The translations under genes were made by a program, and so were the position numbers. A stretch of 64,000 nucleotides of DNA. Source: Vicugna vicugna. Its lineage: Eukaryota. The stretch spans positions 3,288,001 through 3,352,000 of the forward strand of contig MU058687.1 of the NCBI GenBank assembly GCA_013265495.1. Reading direction: 5' to 3'. The notes beneath the pieces were generated by a model, which saw only the letters and a program-made list of their open reading frames with translations, was not told the DNA's origin and made no database searches. Positions 63,050 to 64,000 of this stretch are shown here, one piece after another. Every line of letters starts with the position of its first letter. Position 1 is the stretch's first letter.

Positions 63050-63780
63050 TGGAGCGGTCCAGCGGGACTGCGGTGGTTCTTTGACCCTTGTCCCCACGGC
63101 TTAGGGAACCATGAAGAACTACAAGTCCCGGCAGGCCGCGCGGCGCCTCGGCTTAACTAAGCGCAATCAGTGGGAGCGTCGAGCAAAGTACCCTGTGGAA
63201 CCCCGCCACCGGGCTGCGGCCGGAAACCAGGCGCCGCGGCTCTGTTTCCCTCAGGGTGAGTAGGGGCAGCCCCTCAGAGGCCGGCGCAGAGCGGGAGCAG
63301 CCAGGGCCGCAGGGCGCGGGAGCGCGGAGGAGCCAGCGTGGACGCGTCGGCCGTCCGCCTCCGCTCCGGCCGCCAGCCCGGAGTGAACTCTGGGCCGGTG
63401 ACCTTGTCACCCAGGGCCCAGCGCGCGGCCACGTGGCTCGGGTGACTGGCAGTGCCCCGCCCCCTCTGCAGCGACTCTCCAGCCTGGCTCACCAGTGGGC
63501 GGAAGCGTGGCGCAGTCTTGGTGTAGTTTTCCTACCTTGAGGAGGGCGGAGCAGGTAGCTCACCCAGATGTCCTCCCCCCAGGTGGTCTGTGGGCTCTGA
63601 GGCGCAGGCGTCGCGGCGAGGTCTGGGCACGAGTAGGGGGCGCGCGGATATCCCTGCCTTCCGCCTGCACCGGCGCGCGCCCCAGAGCGCACGTCATCTG
63701 TAGCACTTGCAGGGCCCCGAGCTTCCAGATCGCACAATAAACGTGTGCTGATGACAGGCGGTGTGCGGAGAGCAGCCTTT
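63050..63780 (+). promoter_or_regulatory. ADCK1: CpG-island promoter and probable non-coding first exon; ADCK1 by synteny
   Basis: Dense CpG. ZNF143-type ACTACAAGTCCCGGCAGGCCGC 63118-63139. ETS-like CCGGAAA about 63220. Donor AGG|GTGAGT at 63256. E-box palindrome GCCACGTGGC 63428-63437. No coding sequence in the window, so the gene name rests only on known mammalian gene order. Confidence 0.6.
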
Positions 63781-64000
63781 AGAAGACGCCAAGTACAGCT
63801 CTTTCCTCAGGTTAAGTGGCATTTACTTTCTAGGAAGTCATTCAGTTCAACAACTATTTATTGATTACGCACTTGTTGGGTGCTCACGAAATTATTTGCC
63901 GAGCTGAAAGTGCATTAGACTTTATCTGCCCCTTCGCACATTTTCTTGAAGCATTTTCTTATTGCAGTAGTTCTCAAACTGTATCGTGCGTCAGAATTAC

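Noticed and set aside
63153..63740. Arg/Ala/Pro/Gly-rich ORFs on both strands
   Set aside because: Expected artefact of a CpG island; no ADCK1-like coding sequence recognised.

Overview
Mammalian nuclear DNA, most likely camelid because it carries six tRNA-Ala-derived Vic-1-type SINEs. It covers the conserved ALKBH1-SLIRP-SNW1-(C14orf178)-ADCK1 block. Read by hand: ALKBH1 exon 1 (minus); complete SLIRP (plus, 4 exons, 111 aa) on a 107-nt bidirectional promoter with ALKBH1; complete SNW1/SKIP (minus, 14 exons, 536 aa) whose 3' end collides with that of SLIRP; about 25 kb of repeat-rich intergenic DNA; and a CpG-island promoter near the right end that is ADCK1 by synteny only. No prokaryotic system, CRISPR array or convincing new protein-coding gene was found. 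Best leads: (1) an 80-nt last intron of SNW1 whose retention opens a long, NMD-escaping alternative C-terminus; (2) a disabled counterpart of the human C14orf178 ORF, with a plus-strand splice donor inside SNW1 coding exon 1; (3) convergent SLIRP/SNW1 poly(A) signals; (4) an ERV LTR with a CCAAT tandem array and two octamers upstream of the putative ADCK1 promoter; (5) a double-tailed L1 composite that may be a 3' transduction. Gene and repeat names come from recognition and memory, not database searches. Repeat boundaries are approximate.
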